DNA of 49,588 nucleotides, the filler included, from Perkinsus olseni (lineage: Eukaryota): the NCBI GenBank assembly GCA_013115125.1. It is 2 parts of 2 records of this genome, joined end to end, with 100 filler letters (N's around TTAATTAATTAA, not from the genome) between each part and the next. Parts side by side here need not be neighbours in the genome. Positions count along the whole stretch, not along the records: positions 1 to 24,766 come from JABANN010000505.1; 1 more part is not named here. The stretch is one strand, 5' to 3'. Position 1 is the first letter of the stretch. The number at the start of each line of letters is the position of its first letter. The notes beneath the pieces are model-generated. The model ran no database searches, was not told where the DNA came from, and worked only from the letters and a program-made list of their open reading frames with translations. The translations under genes were made by a program, and so were the position numbers. This document shows positions 1 to 13,600 of the stretch, piece after piece.

Positions 1-37
1 GGCATGGGTGCTGTAAGGTGAACCAACTGCACGAATT

Positions 38-2356
38 TTGCACGACAGCGCGGGGACCCCTCCCCCGCGCTTTGACGGTTTTGTCCCTGAGGGGGCCCAC
101 CCAGCGACTTTTATGGATGATCTGGTTAGACCCTGCCATGCGCATGCCGACCTTCAGGTATGCGATGAGACGATTATTGTGTACGCCACTCACCAATTCC
201 ATCTGACGAATGATCGCCTGTGCAGCGATCACTCTGTCACCGCCTTGGGCCTTGACGTGTCATTGGACTTCATCATCTACCGACGAGATAAGTATGATGC
301 TGTCTGCCAGATTGAGATACCTACAGATGCCTCATTCCGTAAAGGATTGGAGGTATTAGGCTTGATTGTCAACGAGCCCGACTTCCTTGGCCTTCATATA
401 TTACCGGTCAAGCATGCACTTGTGGGTCTCCTTTCTCACTGGCGGCATGTCAACCAAAGCAAATGGGACGAACCTATGCCGATACCCCTACTTGACCTCA
501 TCCGTGATTGGGTGGACCTTGTAAAGTCGACACCATTACCTAAGGTCCCCCGTAGGATCGACATGGGCGCCCCGTTCGATGTTTTTACAGACTCGTCCAG
601 GTCCCTAATGTGTTACCAGATATATCAATATGACTGTGATGTCCCTATTATGTGCGAACAATTTACGATAAGTGCCTCTGAGTCTCATTTTCATATTAAT
701 GTTTTAGAACTGTCGGCGGTCTGGCGATCGTTGAATAGATTACAATTGGTGTGTATCGATTCTGGCCTCTCGGCTAACTCTTTGATTACGGTTCACCTGG
801 ATTCTCAGACAGCCCTGAGCATCCTCCTTAATCGCCGTGTTCCACGAGGCCCTCATCAAGCCTTGTACCAGAAGTTTTTGGATCTTATTCAAGTTGCCAG
901 TGCTAATTTTCATATACGGTATGTATATGTAATGTCAAAACTGAACCCTGCCGACGCCGGCACCAGAAGCGAATTGCTCTATGAAGTTCATCGAGTCCGT
1001 TCTGACCTTGTCGACAAGCTCCTTCCCGCTGAAGACCCTAAGACGGTTATGCCGGTTCGTCCGCGGTCCGACAGCTCAGATCAACAAGGCGACCAATCTC
1101 CACTTGTCCGTCGATCAGCTAGGCTGGCGAAGAAGAGACGGGTTGACGACGCCGAGCCTGTGCCTTCTCAAGAAGAGCCTACCGATGAGCCTCCCATTGT
1201 AGTCGACAGCGGATATGACTTCCGCCCTGTTTATACTTCTGTCCCCGGTCTACCGCCGCCATCTTATTCAACGACACTATTAGGTGATATAGATGGAGAC
1301 GTCGACACCATTACCATAGAAGACCCAACCGACCAACTTGAGCTAGCTTCATATGGTCATGAGATTGCTCACGAAGCCAATGAGGTCGTTTATGATAGAC
1401 TTCGACGATTTTATACGTGGCCAAATATGAAGAAGACTATCGCTAAAGCTGCTGAGCTATGCGAGCCATGCGGCAGGACGAAGACCCGGCCGTGCGATCG
1501 ACAGTTCAAGCAGGCTGTACGAGCCCCTCGCCTTACCCCAATCCCTTTCCACAAAGTTGGGATGGATGGGCTAGGTCCATTTGGTACAATGCACATTCTC
1601 ACCCTGACCGACTACTATAGCTGTTATTGTCTTACGAGGACAACTACCACTGCACCAACTGCCTATGATGTTCGTCAGCTACTAAATAAAGTGTATCGAC
1701 TTTTCGGGGTCTTCCCGCGTATTGTGAGATCCGACAACGCGTCTATCTTCCGATCAGCGTCAACCACTTTCCCTGGGGTATGGACGTTTAGTCCAGTACA
1801 TGGAAGTCCTTCGAATGGCCACGCAGAACGACGCCACCGAGTTATTAACCAAAAGCTTCGTCGACTCCTTCTACAAGGCGTAGTTGGCAACGATCTATCC
1901 GGTTGGAACGACATCCTCACTAAGATCTGTGGTGAAATGAATAACGCCCCTGTATGCCGTGCTGGGGGTCTATGCCCTACTGACATCCTTATGTACTACC
2001 CCTGCACTAATATTATCACTGGTGCGAACCGTCAACAGGTCGCGAACAAGCATGCGGTTTGGCGTAATTATCGTACTGCTGCTCTCGCCCGAACCGCCCA
2101 GAAAATTGCAGTGGCGGAACAGAGCCTAGCTATTGGTCAACATGTTATGGTTCGAGTTCAGAAGCCCAACTCCAAGCTGTCTCCAAGATATGATCCGGCT
2201 ACTATAACTCGTATTCTGGGTTCGAATAGAGTGGAGTTGGATAATGGCTCGATTGTACATTCCCGTGACTTGAAGATCCTCCGCTCTCTGGTCCCAGACG
2301 AAGACTCTGATGACGATGATGATGACGATGTTTCAGAAACTACTGCTAATACTTGA
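38..2356 (+). mobile_element. LTR retrotransposon pol 3' part: RT C-terminal half, RNase H, H2C2 zinc finger, DDE integrase
   Basis: 772-aa intronless ORF. RT-like FMDD (nt ~110-121); RNase H motifs VFTDSS, HINVLEL, HLDSQTAL, NPADAGTR; H-x3-H...CEPC zinc finger; integrase GMDGLGP, RSDNASIF, SNGHAERRH. The RT-RH-IN order is that of Ty3/Gypsy or BEL/Pao elements. In-frame TAA at 14-16 upstream. Confidence 0.9.
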
Positions 2357-2390
2357 CATCTTTGTCGTTTTTTTTGTGTGGTTTTTCTTT

Positions 2391-2534
2391 AAGGGATGTC
2401 TTCTACCTTTCTTGATGTGATTGTGTAGGCACACAATCCACTTGTCCCCTAGCGCTAGAAGTATTTGTTCCTGTTGTATTCATTAAAGATCAGGCTCTTA
2501 TCAGTATCACTCCTGTCGTGTTCGGGTGATAACA
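2391..2534 (+). repeat. Possible short PPT plus 3' LTR
   Basis: Purine run AAGGGA (2391-2396) followed by TGTC, an ATTAAA signal near 2482, and a ...ACA end near 2534. The 5' LTR is outside the window, so this cannot be confirmed. Confidence 0.3.
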
Positions 2535-2536
2535 CA

Positions 2537-4071
2537 ATGTCAAGCAGCAATTGCACCACCGAGAGCGACAGCGACAAACGAGAAGAACCCATACCAGGGG
2601 CTGGTCTACTGTAGGCTCACCCGAGAGGTAGAACGGACCCCCAGCCTCTCGAGGGATAGCTTGCTCGGCTACTCGGTCTGTCCATACCCGATCACAGGAG
2701 GTCAATCCATGCCATGGTTCAGGCCGCCTTGGCTAACTGGAAAGTCCTGAAGATCACCCGCCCATGGTTCGTGGTTCATGCATTTATATTTGCTGCACAG
2801 GCCTGGTCCGTAGAGCTTGTATACTTTCTAGAGGGCAAGTAGGTGGATGTCACGATGTTGATCAGCTCTGTGGCGCCGACACCTTCCCGAGACCACTCAG
2901 AGAGACTTCGACTCGGCCGCTCAGGTATGGAGTATATGGAGGGCCTTCATATGCTCTCGTGGACTTCGGTCACCAATTAATCCCCGAAATCCCCATATAC
3001 CCGCTTGGTGGCATTTCTATGTGGCTGGTGAGCGCAACAGCGCTTCTTTTATAGACGCTTTGCCTTCTTCAGTTGATCTCGGCTATACTTTTGGCATTCA
3101 GTTGGGCCCTCATAATCTCTATTGTTCGTCCACGTGATGGAGTAACATTAATTGGCATCATTTGGAGAGCCTTATTCGTGACCTGTATGGCATACATACT
3201 CCGCGCAGTATCGTTTTTAGTCACGCTCCTTCCCGCACCCTGGCCTCCATGTCAGAGGTAGGACCCGAAGCGCCACGGTCGATGGCCCACGAAAAATCTG
3301 ATAGCTCAAAGCGACTAGCGTACTCTCCTCACTGTCAGCCGCAGCTTCTGGGTTGATTCCGATGGGACACTCCCCCAAGCAGCGAACTCGTTCGGGCTCT
3401 TAAGCGCTAATCTACCGCAGGTTTCCCCGTCCAGATTTGGAAGCCTACTTCGATCCCCCTGTACATGCCCAGCAAATTTTCTCAATGGCTTCGTCGATGG
3501 GCGCATGCGGGGACAATATGTTTAGCGGCCATACGACGTAGGTGTGCGGTGCCGACCGTACGGATCTCTGCTGCTACTCGAAAGAGCCTTGCCAGGTCTA
3601 CTCTGGTAGCAGCACTTGTTGCTACACACTACATCCAGCGTTGGTTCATAGTCGTAAGTATGATGGGCGCTTCAAATGGTAATACTCGCTCGATTCGGTC
3701 TCGGTTACCGAGTTGGATGTTCGTCGTCGCGGAGATTGTGGTCCTCGTGGCTGAGAGGGCACACTACACTGTCGATATCTGGGTGGCCATGTTCACGATA
3801 CCCATGTTGTGGATATGCTTCTTTCACTTCTTTCCGCGGGATCCAACTCGTAATGTTCGCTGTTGGAGAGACCAAGCGAAACCTACACATCTAGACGGGT
3901 GAGTGACCCTTATAATACAACAGCTGCTGTCCAGTGCTCATTCTATCGGTGTTTGCCTCTCGGGGCCACCGTGAGTGACGCGCAGTCATTCGGCTCCTTA
4001 GAGATCCAGAAGGTGGCGAAGAACTATCGGCTACCTGTGACCCTGCCCTCGAGGAAACTCCCTCGCCTTAA
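2537..4071 (+). CDS. Sphingomyelin synthase / inositol phosphorylceramide synthase family (PAP2-like), multi-exon
   Basis: Spliced reading gives LVDFGHQLIPE, LRAVSFLVTLLPAP..CQ, CGDNMFSGHT (~3507-3536) and ERAHYTVDIWVA, the SMS-family catalytic motifs, plus several TM segments. Predicted ATG 2537 and stop 4069-4071. Confidence 0.88.
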
Positions 4072-4589
4072 TGCGTGTATATGCAGCTACAGGCAGTTCT
4101 CATGCCGCAGTGCACTGCCAGTGCAGTAGCCGCATAGAGAGCATCATTCGTTCGCACACTCAGTGAATGAACTCGATCATCGAGTCTCGATGAGGGTACT
4201 TCTTTCCGCCAAAACAACGCTCCAATTATCATCTTCGACTTTTCATCAATGAAATCTCTCAGCGTCGCTCATGAGTTGCGTTGGCTAGGCCGGGTCGGGG
4301 CCAAGTATGATGACTACCACTCGGACCCCACGGAAGAGCCGTCTTGCGCTCCGCACAACATCCAGTGCTCACAGCCGGCGGGGAGCTTGAATGCGTAGCC
4401 AGGCGCCGCTTCTATCATCAGTGGAAAAACGCGGGTCGTGAGGGGATGGAAGTTGAAGCGTTATGGATAATCGAGACGTCCCTCGCTGTCATGCATGTAA
4501 AACTCAGCAGAGCAAGCATACACGAGTTTAGCAATCACACTCGGGCTCCGTTCAGTCTTGAAGGGAGATCACATTCACATGGTACTTGA

Positions 4590-7400
4590 AGACTTCGGAA
4601 GAAGGCGTGGGAAGCCAGGTGAACGTGATCGCTCGCAGCACAAGGGACCTGCCGAGTTCTGTCAGCAGTGAGATGGACGAAGCGCTGTGTAAGGATTCCT
4701 CACACGCCATACTTCACTAAGGAATGGCGAGCCCCCAAGCACCTTGGCGCGTTCACGAGCAGTGTTGCAGTCCCCCACTCTAGTACGACCCCTACCAGCC
4801 GAACACCTACCTCTAGCGGCTCCTGAAGCTTCGCTATGGTCAGACGTTGAAACCAACTGACCTGCAGACAAACACTGAAACCAGAAGGGCCACAGGAAAA
4901 TTGGAATACTTACATGCTTTCCGTTTCCGCCTGAAGGGGACGGCTCGTGATGCGTTATTGAGTCGGTTGAGCTCGCTCCGTAGTGTTTTCACGGTCGGAC
5001 GATTCTCGGGACGGAGCGATGCGCATTCCTACGAAGAGGGGAGTTGCTCATCTGAAGGGTAATGCGAGTAGCACCACCTGTAGCAGTCCGACGGGCCAAT
5101 GCATTCGATCACAGTCTATCCGGGGGGCTTCTCGAAACACCCCGATTCTCGCGGCAATTTGCTGGCTCGTGCTACACATTCGATAGGGCCTTGAGCCACC
5201 AAAGAGTTCGTTGAGGCCCTCGAGAGAGATGCTGGAATCCACAGGGAACAGTTGGCGGTGATACCAATGCACAGCTCCAAACATCGCACGCTCGGCTCAG
5301 TTTCCCGTCGAAGTCGTGGTTCTCCGGGGCCATGTATCGTACTGTACCACCTGAACGAGATAAGGCCATGCGCTTCGGGCGCTGGTGTAATCCTCCGCGA
5401 TACGACGAAGCAGGAGCCGCCGTAGGCGCGACGGCAAGGACGGATGTGCTCGAAGTTACTGACGCACGGCCGAAGGGATATGGGTAAATAGCAAGATATG
5501 TAATTCTTCGTGGGCCACAAAGCCCACCGCGGAACTGTGGCTTGGGCTTGGCATATCCATCTTGTGAGATCTCTAGGGCGAGACCGAAGTCAACTAGCTT
5601 GATCACCTCCACCGACGAGTGATGATGATGATGCTGCTGCTGCTGCTGCTGCTGCACAAGAATGCTGAAAGCACCGCTATTGAACTCCAGTCGACCGTCC
5701 GGGAGGTGACAAACCGCTGGTGCTCATAGAGAGACGGCAGAGTGCGGCATGACAGAGTGCGGTTCGTACTTTTCTGGCTTGATATCTCGGTGTATGACAG
5801 CGGGCGACAAACGCCAGTGGAGGTACTCGACAGCCTGGAAAAGTGACGGTGCGAAGCACGTCTTGCCGAGAGAGAACAGAGGCTACGTCCAGGAGCTGTA
5901 TCGCCCAACTCGCAGCTCGTCGGCGGCTCCTAGAATCCATGGGTGATGGGCAGAGTGGTAAGTGGAAGGAGAGAGGGCGGCTTAGAGGTATGTGATGGAG
6001 AAGTGCCTGCGAAGAGCAGCCGAGCAGCTCTCGACCAGCACACTGCCCCGACAATGAGCTATCGTTGAGGAGTGAATACTCGACGCAAATGCCTACCTGC
6101 ACACGACCAAAGGCGTCGTGCCTAACACCTCTGAGTTCGACAAGATTGACATGATACAGCCTGAGCAGCACTCGGGCTTCTTCCAGTATCTATCGCACCG
6201 TCGTCTGTAGGGCCGGAACAGTTCAATGGACCCACTCACTTGGTCGTCCGAGCCCGTCGAGGAGCTCTTCACAACAACAGCCTCTCCATGAGGCCCTAAG
6301 GACCCTCTTGAAACCGAGGACTGACAAGTGGCTCATCGCGCATCAGCTGTCGATGAGAATCCCCGAGACGAATGAGATGCTCACGAGCACCATCGTTTCC
6401 CAACCGACGCCCGGCGCCACTCACAAGAGGACCGCTGGACAGGGGCGGCATGAGTATATCCAAGGTCAGGTGGTCAAGCCAGCAACTTGCTGGAATCCCC
6501 GTGTTCAACGACGGAAAGCCTTCCCGTATCTTTCTTGTTGAGCTCTCATCGTCTGAAGCAATGCTCATTGCTCAACCACATGTGACCACAGACTCGTATA
6601 TCAATCAACGCTCACGCAGATGAGGCGAAGTGCTCCCGGGAGAGCAATCGCCGCTGCACGTCGATAACGAGCAGCTCACCGAAGTCGGAAACCAGCCCAT
6701 CGCTCTTGCGGTGTATGTGAGCGCTAGCTGTCAGTCTCATAGAGCCTGCCGGTAATGGGGGCGCCGGCCTGAACAAATAGATGGGCGACCTCAGGTGACC
6801 GGAAGTGCATTGCCGGGCCTCCCTCGATGCCCTTCGGTTACCTCCTTATTAGTGGACATGAGGTGACCAATTGAGAACGGCCCGCGGCAGCAAAGGCGCT
6901 GCTGTTTGAAGAGGAGGAGGCCGTCGACACGTCTAGTATGTCGAGAGGGTAGCACGAGGGCTCGAGGCTGAAGGTAGCCGGAGGGGCCAGCTCCACCTGC
7001 AGGACCCAGCTGGCAGTACGGACCGACTAGTACAAGGCGAGGCGCATAAAGTAGTGGTAAACCCTACGCCACAGCAATGGTGCTGCACTGTTAGTGACAG
7101 GAGGAGTAGTCGAATCAGTCGAAGGGATGCAGGCGGACCCCAGAAAGAAATAAAATATCGTCTTCTCTGAGGTCTTCTCTTCCGTTTCGACGTGTGTCGT
7201 GCTCCGACTTTGTGTGGTACGCTATCACTATGGTGTTCTGATTCGATCTGGAGCGCTTCAGTACTGCCAACCCTAGTTGGCAAAACAAGTAAATACTCCG
7301 ATGGTGGACTATCAGGCTAGGAGTCGCCCCAGGTGAGACCATGCTCGTCGCCTTACAACAGAGAGAGCTGGACAGGTAGTCCGCGCCAACAACTGGCGCG
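4590..7400 (-). CDS. Protein kinase (Ser/Thr or TKL-like), multi-exon; both ends uncertain
   Basis: Minus-strand exons encode EAVVVK, EEARVLLRLYHVNLVELRGV, VIHRDIKPE (~5770-5797), LVDFGLA, GGTVRYMAPE, CDVWS and CASLRPENRPT. A polyQ/polyH insert lies before DFG. Confidence 0.85.
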
Positions 7401-8329
7401 CATGCATAAACCGCAAGTTCTGATGGTACTTGCTTCTCGGCTTCGATGCGATGACAAAGGAACAGCAAGAACTGATGACAGTTGCAAGCACCCCCATTCG
7501 AAAATTCTGCCGGCTCGAGAAAGCCAAGACCCAATAGACGAACGCGCGCAAGGTGAGGAACACTGTGTTACCCGCCTGAATTGTCTACAAAGTCCGTAGT
7601 GTGCACAGTGCACTCGCAATGGAAGCACACGTATCAGTCTACAACACGCCGATCTTATATTGCAACCAGGACCAGTCCTCATCTTCAGATGCCTGTGAGC
7701 GCGATGGTGGTGGTGGTGAGGCCTGTGATGCTATCCTGCTCAAGTCGCAATCATCATCATGCCTTGAGAATTTCCTCGAATTCGTCGTCGTGGCGCAAAC
7801 GAATCATCGAAACAGAGGATATTCTCCCTTTGGACGTTCTACTCGAGCTCTCCTGATCAGACTCAGCTCACACCCCACAGACAGCGCTGCACAAAGTAAG
7901 TATTATTGGCAGTGGAACCCAAGGCAGCGTGTATCAACTTCAACCATCATAACAGTAGTAGTAGCAGCAGCACAGTATTGTCTGTTACAGAACTGTCCTC
8001 CTCCTACTGAGTGTTGTACAGAATGAGTCATCTCGAACAATGGCTAAAGGGACGTCGGATACACAAGCGCAATCAGCTAGAACTACTACACAGGCTCTTT
8101 CTGCTTATAACGCATCAGAATAAATTCGCGGCGGGGGGCGGCATCATAGAATCATAGAAACAGGGCTAAGCTGATAATGATGACGATGACGATTTCTTCG
8201 CAGTTCAACAACATACATGAGTGACACAGAGTTCGCCCTTGGCGATATCATTATTGTTAAGGTCTTACGGCGTCACGTCGCATCCGGACGACGATGATGA
8301 TGATGAGTAAGGAGAGACTCGAGACAGGG

Positions 8330-10118
8330 GTTCACCACCGATCACTGGGGAGAACCATCATACCGTCCTCGGTAAAGGAGCTTCTCTTTGACCTCTTCTT
8401 ATTGACCGGCCCTGTAGAGTGAGCCTGGGCCCTCTTCTTAGCCCTGATTCATACAACCGGATTCCATCATCTATGTGACCATCACCCTACCTTGTCTTGG
8501 ATACTATATTATCCTTCTTCAGTCGATTGATATGCTGCGACTGCGGTAGGCGGAAGCCATTAACAACGGTACCGGGTGGAGCGGACGAGTTCACCTAAGC
8601 TCGAAGACGACTAGTACCATATCCCAGATGTCGAGGATGCTTCCATACCGCAGTCCTCTTCTGACGCTTCACAGCTTCGGCGTCGAAGCCGGTCTCTCGA
8701 GCCTTCCGGGCTCGATCTCGGGATGCTTGGAGTTTATCCTTGTAAAACTGGTACCTGGTTAACACTCCTCTCCAGTAAGAGCCCACCAGAGGGCCGCCGA
8801 GCCTCGAGCGCGCCACAGAAGAAACGACTTGACCATGAAGAGTCAACCTCGAATCCTTTCGGTGTCCATTCCGTAAGTTAGTTCCGCGTCAGAAGGCTGC
8901 CAGTAATCCCAAGACACTTACACGCTCCTCCACTCACACATACGCGTGTTCGTACTAGTGTCACCAGCATCGGTCGAAGGGGTTTCAGCCGCACCACCCG
9001 AGTCAGGATCTGAAACCCCACAGACAAGGTAGGACTCTTTGGCCCGGTGCATCAACCCCGAGAATACTCACGTCGAGCTTCTGCGGCAACTTTCCGCCAC
9101 TTGGAGACCAGGTCCTTGGACAAAGCTTTGATATCAGGATCCATGGACGTCTTCATGATGGTCTAACAAAACCTAGCGTAGAGCGGCAATTCTAAGGCAG
9201 GGCGCTCACGTTAACGACCTTTCCTATTTTAGTGCGCTTGAGGTCCTCCATAGTGACCTCAACAGGCTCGAGGCCCCTCAGTGTGCGCAGAACCTGTGAG
9301 ACCCGGTCATAGGGCTGCGAAGGTTCAGTTCAGCAGCAGCAATGCTCACATCGTCCAGCGGTAAGTGAGCTCTGTTCAATCGACGGGCTGAGTTGGCCAC
9401 AAGCTGGGCAGTCGAAGCATCTGGAGAGGCACTCGTGGGCGAGAGTACGTCTGAGGACAAGAGGCCTCATCCCACCTTGAGAGAAGACTCCGTGAGTCGA
9501 TTCCATCTGTTTCCGGATGGTTCTTATCATGCCCTCTGTGAAGCGGGTGTGGACAGCCTTCTCCCAAGCCCCACTGAGGAAACAGAAATGACGGTGAGCC
9601 GGCATGTAGCTTGTTTCGCGGCGCTGCAGTCTTAGGCTCTTCTCACTTCCAAGCTTCGGAGCTCTCAAAACAACCTTCACCGTTCAGTTTATCAATCTCC
9701 AGCAAATCCTCAACGGTGCATCCCACCAAGACGCCGCTGAGCTGAAAGGGACATCCCGCAGTACCGTATCTTCAAGTACGCTCTACCCCACGATAGCTTA
9801 TGGGACTCAGCCCTCTAAGCTACTAACTATTGAGACGTCGATAGAGGCCGTCACAGAGCAACGTTGGGTGGCCTCCACTCCTACCTTCTCATCGCTGAGC
9901 TCATTGAGGCCCTTAATGGTTTTCCTTTGCCGCCTCAGTTCCTTCACCTCCATCTCCTGGATCGGGACTTGCTCGTCTGAGTCACTTTCAGACTCGGAGT
10001 CCGAGGATTCGCTATCAGACGATGATGATGATGACGAGGATGAGGCACTGTCGCTGCTGTCGGGCTCGAAGAACTCGCTGGCCTCGATCTTCTCTGAATC
10101 ATTGGCAGCTGTGGACAT
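8330..10118 (-). CDS. TFIIS N-terminal (LW/Med26-like) domain protein with acidic Ser-rich N-terminus, multi-exon
   Basis: Exons VTMEDLKRTKIGKVVN (~9210-9257) and MKTSMDPDIKALSKDLVSKWRKV (~9095-9157) match the TFIIS-N pattern (L..TkIG..Vn...A..Lv.kW). S/D/E-rich N-terminus and basic C-terminus. 3' end approximate. Confidence 0.72.
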
Positions 10119-10624
10119 AGAGGGCGATGCGAAAAAGAGAGAAAACAAGCTGCGTACAGGTCGAAGTCAGGCTGCTGACGACCGTCACTATGCGCACGCG
10201 TGCATTTCAAAGCCCGTTGAAGAAAGAGCGTTAGCCCTAGAGGTAGACAACAACCGAAAACGCCGATATACTTCGTCCTCGAATACGGCAGACACCTCAT
10301 CGACGAGGATGCTCCGGACCCCGCATAATGCTCCGTCCGCATCAGGTCTCGAGCAGGCCTTAGAACCCGCACGCCTATGAGCCCACAAGTCCCCTCACGT
10401 AGTGACCAAAGGCTCCCTCGTGAGGTCACCTGGACTGCCAGCGAAAATATCGACGGTGAGAGTAGAGAAACCGACAGCGATTCAACTGATAGTCTTCATG
10501 AGAAACGGGGCGATAGAGGCTGAGGCTCATCACTGACACAACTCGTTCCAAACGATGAATTGAAAATCTATTAAGAAAACTCTACGTTGGGCAATCATGG
10601 CAAAGGCATCCTCAAATAGACCTC

Positions 10625-13600
10625 TTAAAAAGCAATGCTCTCCTCCTTAATATCCGTCAAAATCTGATGTAGGAACTTCTCAGTCACCTGCCATCATCCA
10701 ACAACCCTTACCCACTACTCATCCCATTGCCTTACATGATGGTAGTTCGTCACGTAGCTCCGGAACTCGCTGAATTTGCTCTTGAAGGTATCGATGTCCT
10801 CGTCATTCGGCCGGCGAGGCCAGGCAGCTGAAGACCAGCAAGTCAAGGATAGAGACGCACGATTGGCGCAGCAGCCAAGACTACAGTCCGCGGGGCCTCT
10901 CAGTAACGTGCGAGGTGGCGGCAAAAACGGGTGCAGGAACTATGAGAAGAACAAGGGCCCAGAGGCTCACCGGCAGCGTCAGTTCCCGAAGAAGCGGCAG
11001 AATCTTGGACATCACACATGCTGGTATCACACACTATAGTCGAAGAGGACGACGGGTCTCCACTGTTGGGGGCAACAGGAACAACATCGGCATCATCAGG
11101 AGAGCGGACGAATCGCTCCTCCAAGTCCTTCTCGATGAGCTCGTGCAGCGCCTCTGAAGGAGAAGGAACACGGTCGGTCCACAACCCCACCCTCGTCCAA
11201 CCCTACCAGTCTTTTCCTCTAGGTTTTTCTGCAAAAACTCGAACAGTTGCCGGCGGGCCGCAGTGTCCTGAGCATCTGACCAAAAGCACCATCACTACGG
11301 AGACCATCATCCTCAACAACACCGTACCGCCTTACCACGCCGAGCTGTTGTCGAACTGGTAACAGCCGGCCCCGCAGCATGGCCGTGACTTCGCCGACGG
11401 TTGCTCGGATCAGACGACACTCCCGGCGCCATCTAAAGTACCTCTCAACGAGACGTTTGCTAGCCTGCTTCCACTCACCCTCCGTCGGAGATCTCTCTCG
11501 CTATCGGAGCCCGGTCCGTCGTCCTCTTTAATGAGGTAATAACCGTAGACGTAGGTCCACTTGAGAACCCTTCGGCACTCTACCACTTGCTGCAAGGCGC
11601 TGGTTATGAATCCAAGCTCGGAAACCTGATCACGAAGTAAACCCGTTGAAATAAGGTTCAAGAGTGACATAGCCGACGAAGGAGTATCATCGAAGGCCAG
11701 TAACTTGCACAGGCCAATCGTTTCCATACTCCATCACACTCCAAAACGGACCAGCAGCACTCGCAGGGAACAATCGGGCACGACTCCAACTTGAGCCCAA
11801 CTCTTCACAACTAGTTCATCAAATGGACGGGAAGCCATCCCCAGCCTACATCAATGTCGTCCCTATCATGTAAGATCTTCCTCATATCATCCAGCTTACC
11901 ACTTGCAATCACCTAAGCTCGGATGAACCCAAAACCCTCACCGACAACGGCCGCCTACCTCCCGGGCCAGGTTAGCAGCTCGGTCGTGGTTAATATAGCG
12001 CTCGTAGTGGAACATGTACTTCTGCAGTGCATGCTTTGCCTTCTGCCGCACTTTCTCCTACAGAGCTCACTCTGGAGGCAAACAAGTTCAAAGATACCCC
12101 CAGTACTCCTTCCCTCTGCTTCCGCCCTTCCTCTGTATCATCACGAGTATTTCGCTCATAGATGTTGCAGCTATAGAGCCTACCGTAAAAAAATCAGGAG
12201 AAAAATATAGACGCCCTCTGAGAGGCCCTTCCCACCCGCCAGTCGATTGCCCATGCTGCGCCCACGGTGTCAAACACAGCCAACAAAACTCCTGGCCACA
12301 GCCTGAAGTGAAGAGTGTCGAAGAAGTCCGAGAAAAGTCCATCCCCACCCACCTCCACCAGACTCGCTGCACCTCATGTGATTGCAGCCTTGATTCTTCT
12401 CGATGGGCCGAGCACACTGGACGAGAAACGAGAGATCCCGAAGGATGCAGATAACGCGCGGCGGCTACCCTGGGACACTGCTTGGTATTGGCGAGGATCC
12501 AAGACACGTTCTCGCTCTCGTTACAGTTCTTCACTTCCCAGTCGTAGACCTGATAAGGGGTAGTCCCTCGATAGGCAGCTGCTGTGCAGGTACCTGCCGA
12601 CAGGCTGCAGGCTCATGAGCTTCCCGCTGGCAGGCGAAGCACCAACAGTAACTGAGGATGCACGCCAGGCACTCAATCGTTGACAACCGCAGTCAGTCGC
12701 CGCTTCCACCGTGACCGACAGTGGCAAGTCTCTTATCCATTGAAATTTCATTTGCGATATAAGAAACAAATTTCGCACTTCACATCGCGACTCTCACTTT
12801 GTGCGGAAAACGGCACTTCACGTATGACGGGTAGGACTCAATTATACGCCTATTAAGACTAACTTGACGAGATAACGCTGACACAGAAGCTACATTCGGC
12901 CGGCTCATCGCCCGAGGCGTTGGCGGATAAATAATAAGGTGTATTCCTCAGCACATCGCAAAGTTCGCTGAGGAGGCCGACGGGCCCTGCCACGGTGTCC
13001 TACCCACAATCACACACAACAGTATCCGACTCCACTGCAATGGAGCTTCCTCGTCGCCCGCCACGATGGACATCTCTTGGATGCGCAAACTTCAGCACAG
13101 CCCGGCCGCACCCGCCTGACACCACCCATCTCTGCACTGCAGGACCGGGACTAGCTCACCTAGCGGGTTGGGGCACCACAGCGTGGAGGGGTTAGCCGAT
13201 ACGAAGCTGAACAGAGCAGAGTTCCAACCGTCAGCCCTCAGTCCGGGTACTCACAAAAAATCGTAATAAAAACGTATGAATTTGAGACGGTCTACTGGTG
13301 CCTTGAGAAACTGGAGGAACATCGCCTTCGGTACTGAGAGAGGACAGGACTTCGATACTGAAAGCTCAGTCTCCTCCGTACTTCGCCGCTCACACTTGTG
13401 CATAACACAGCGGGCGTCCGGCGCCCCTCGGCCAACGTCATCTAAGAACAACGCATTCCTACCGACACCAAGGCAGGGCCGGCGCACCCGTACGCCCCGG
13501 GACCCGGGACGCCACTAGACCCCTTGCGGTTTCTACCGTGGAAAATCAGTCATGGTTACTACACTTACTCAGCTTAGTGAGGACGTATTGTCCAAAACAT

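Noticed and set aside
7560-8030. Possible small gene between the kinase and the TFIIS-N gene
   Set aside because: Several overlapping short ORFs with no motif or consistent splice pattern; strand and frame could not be chosen.
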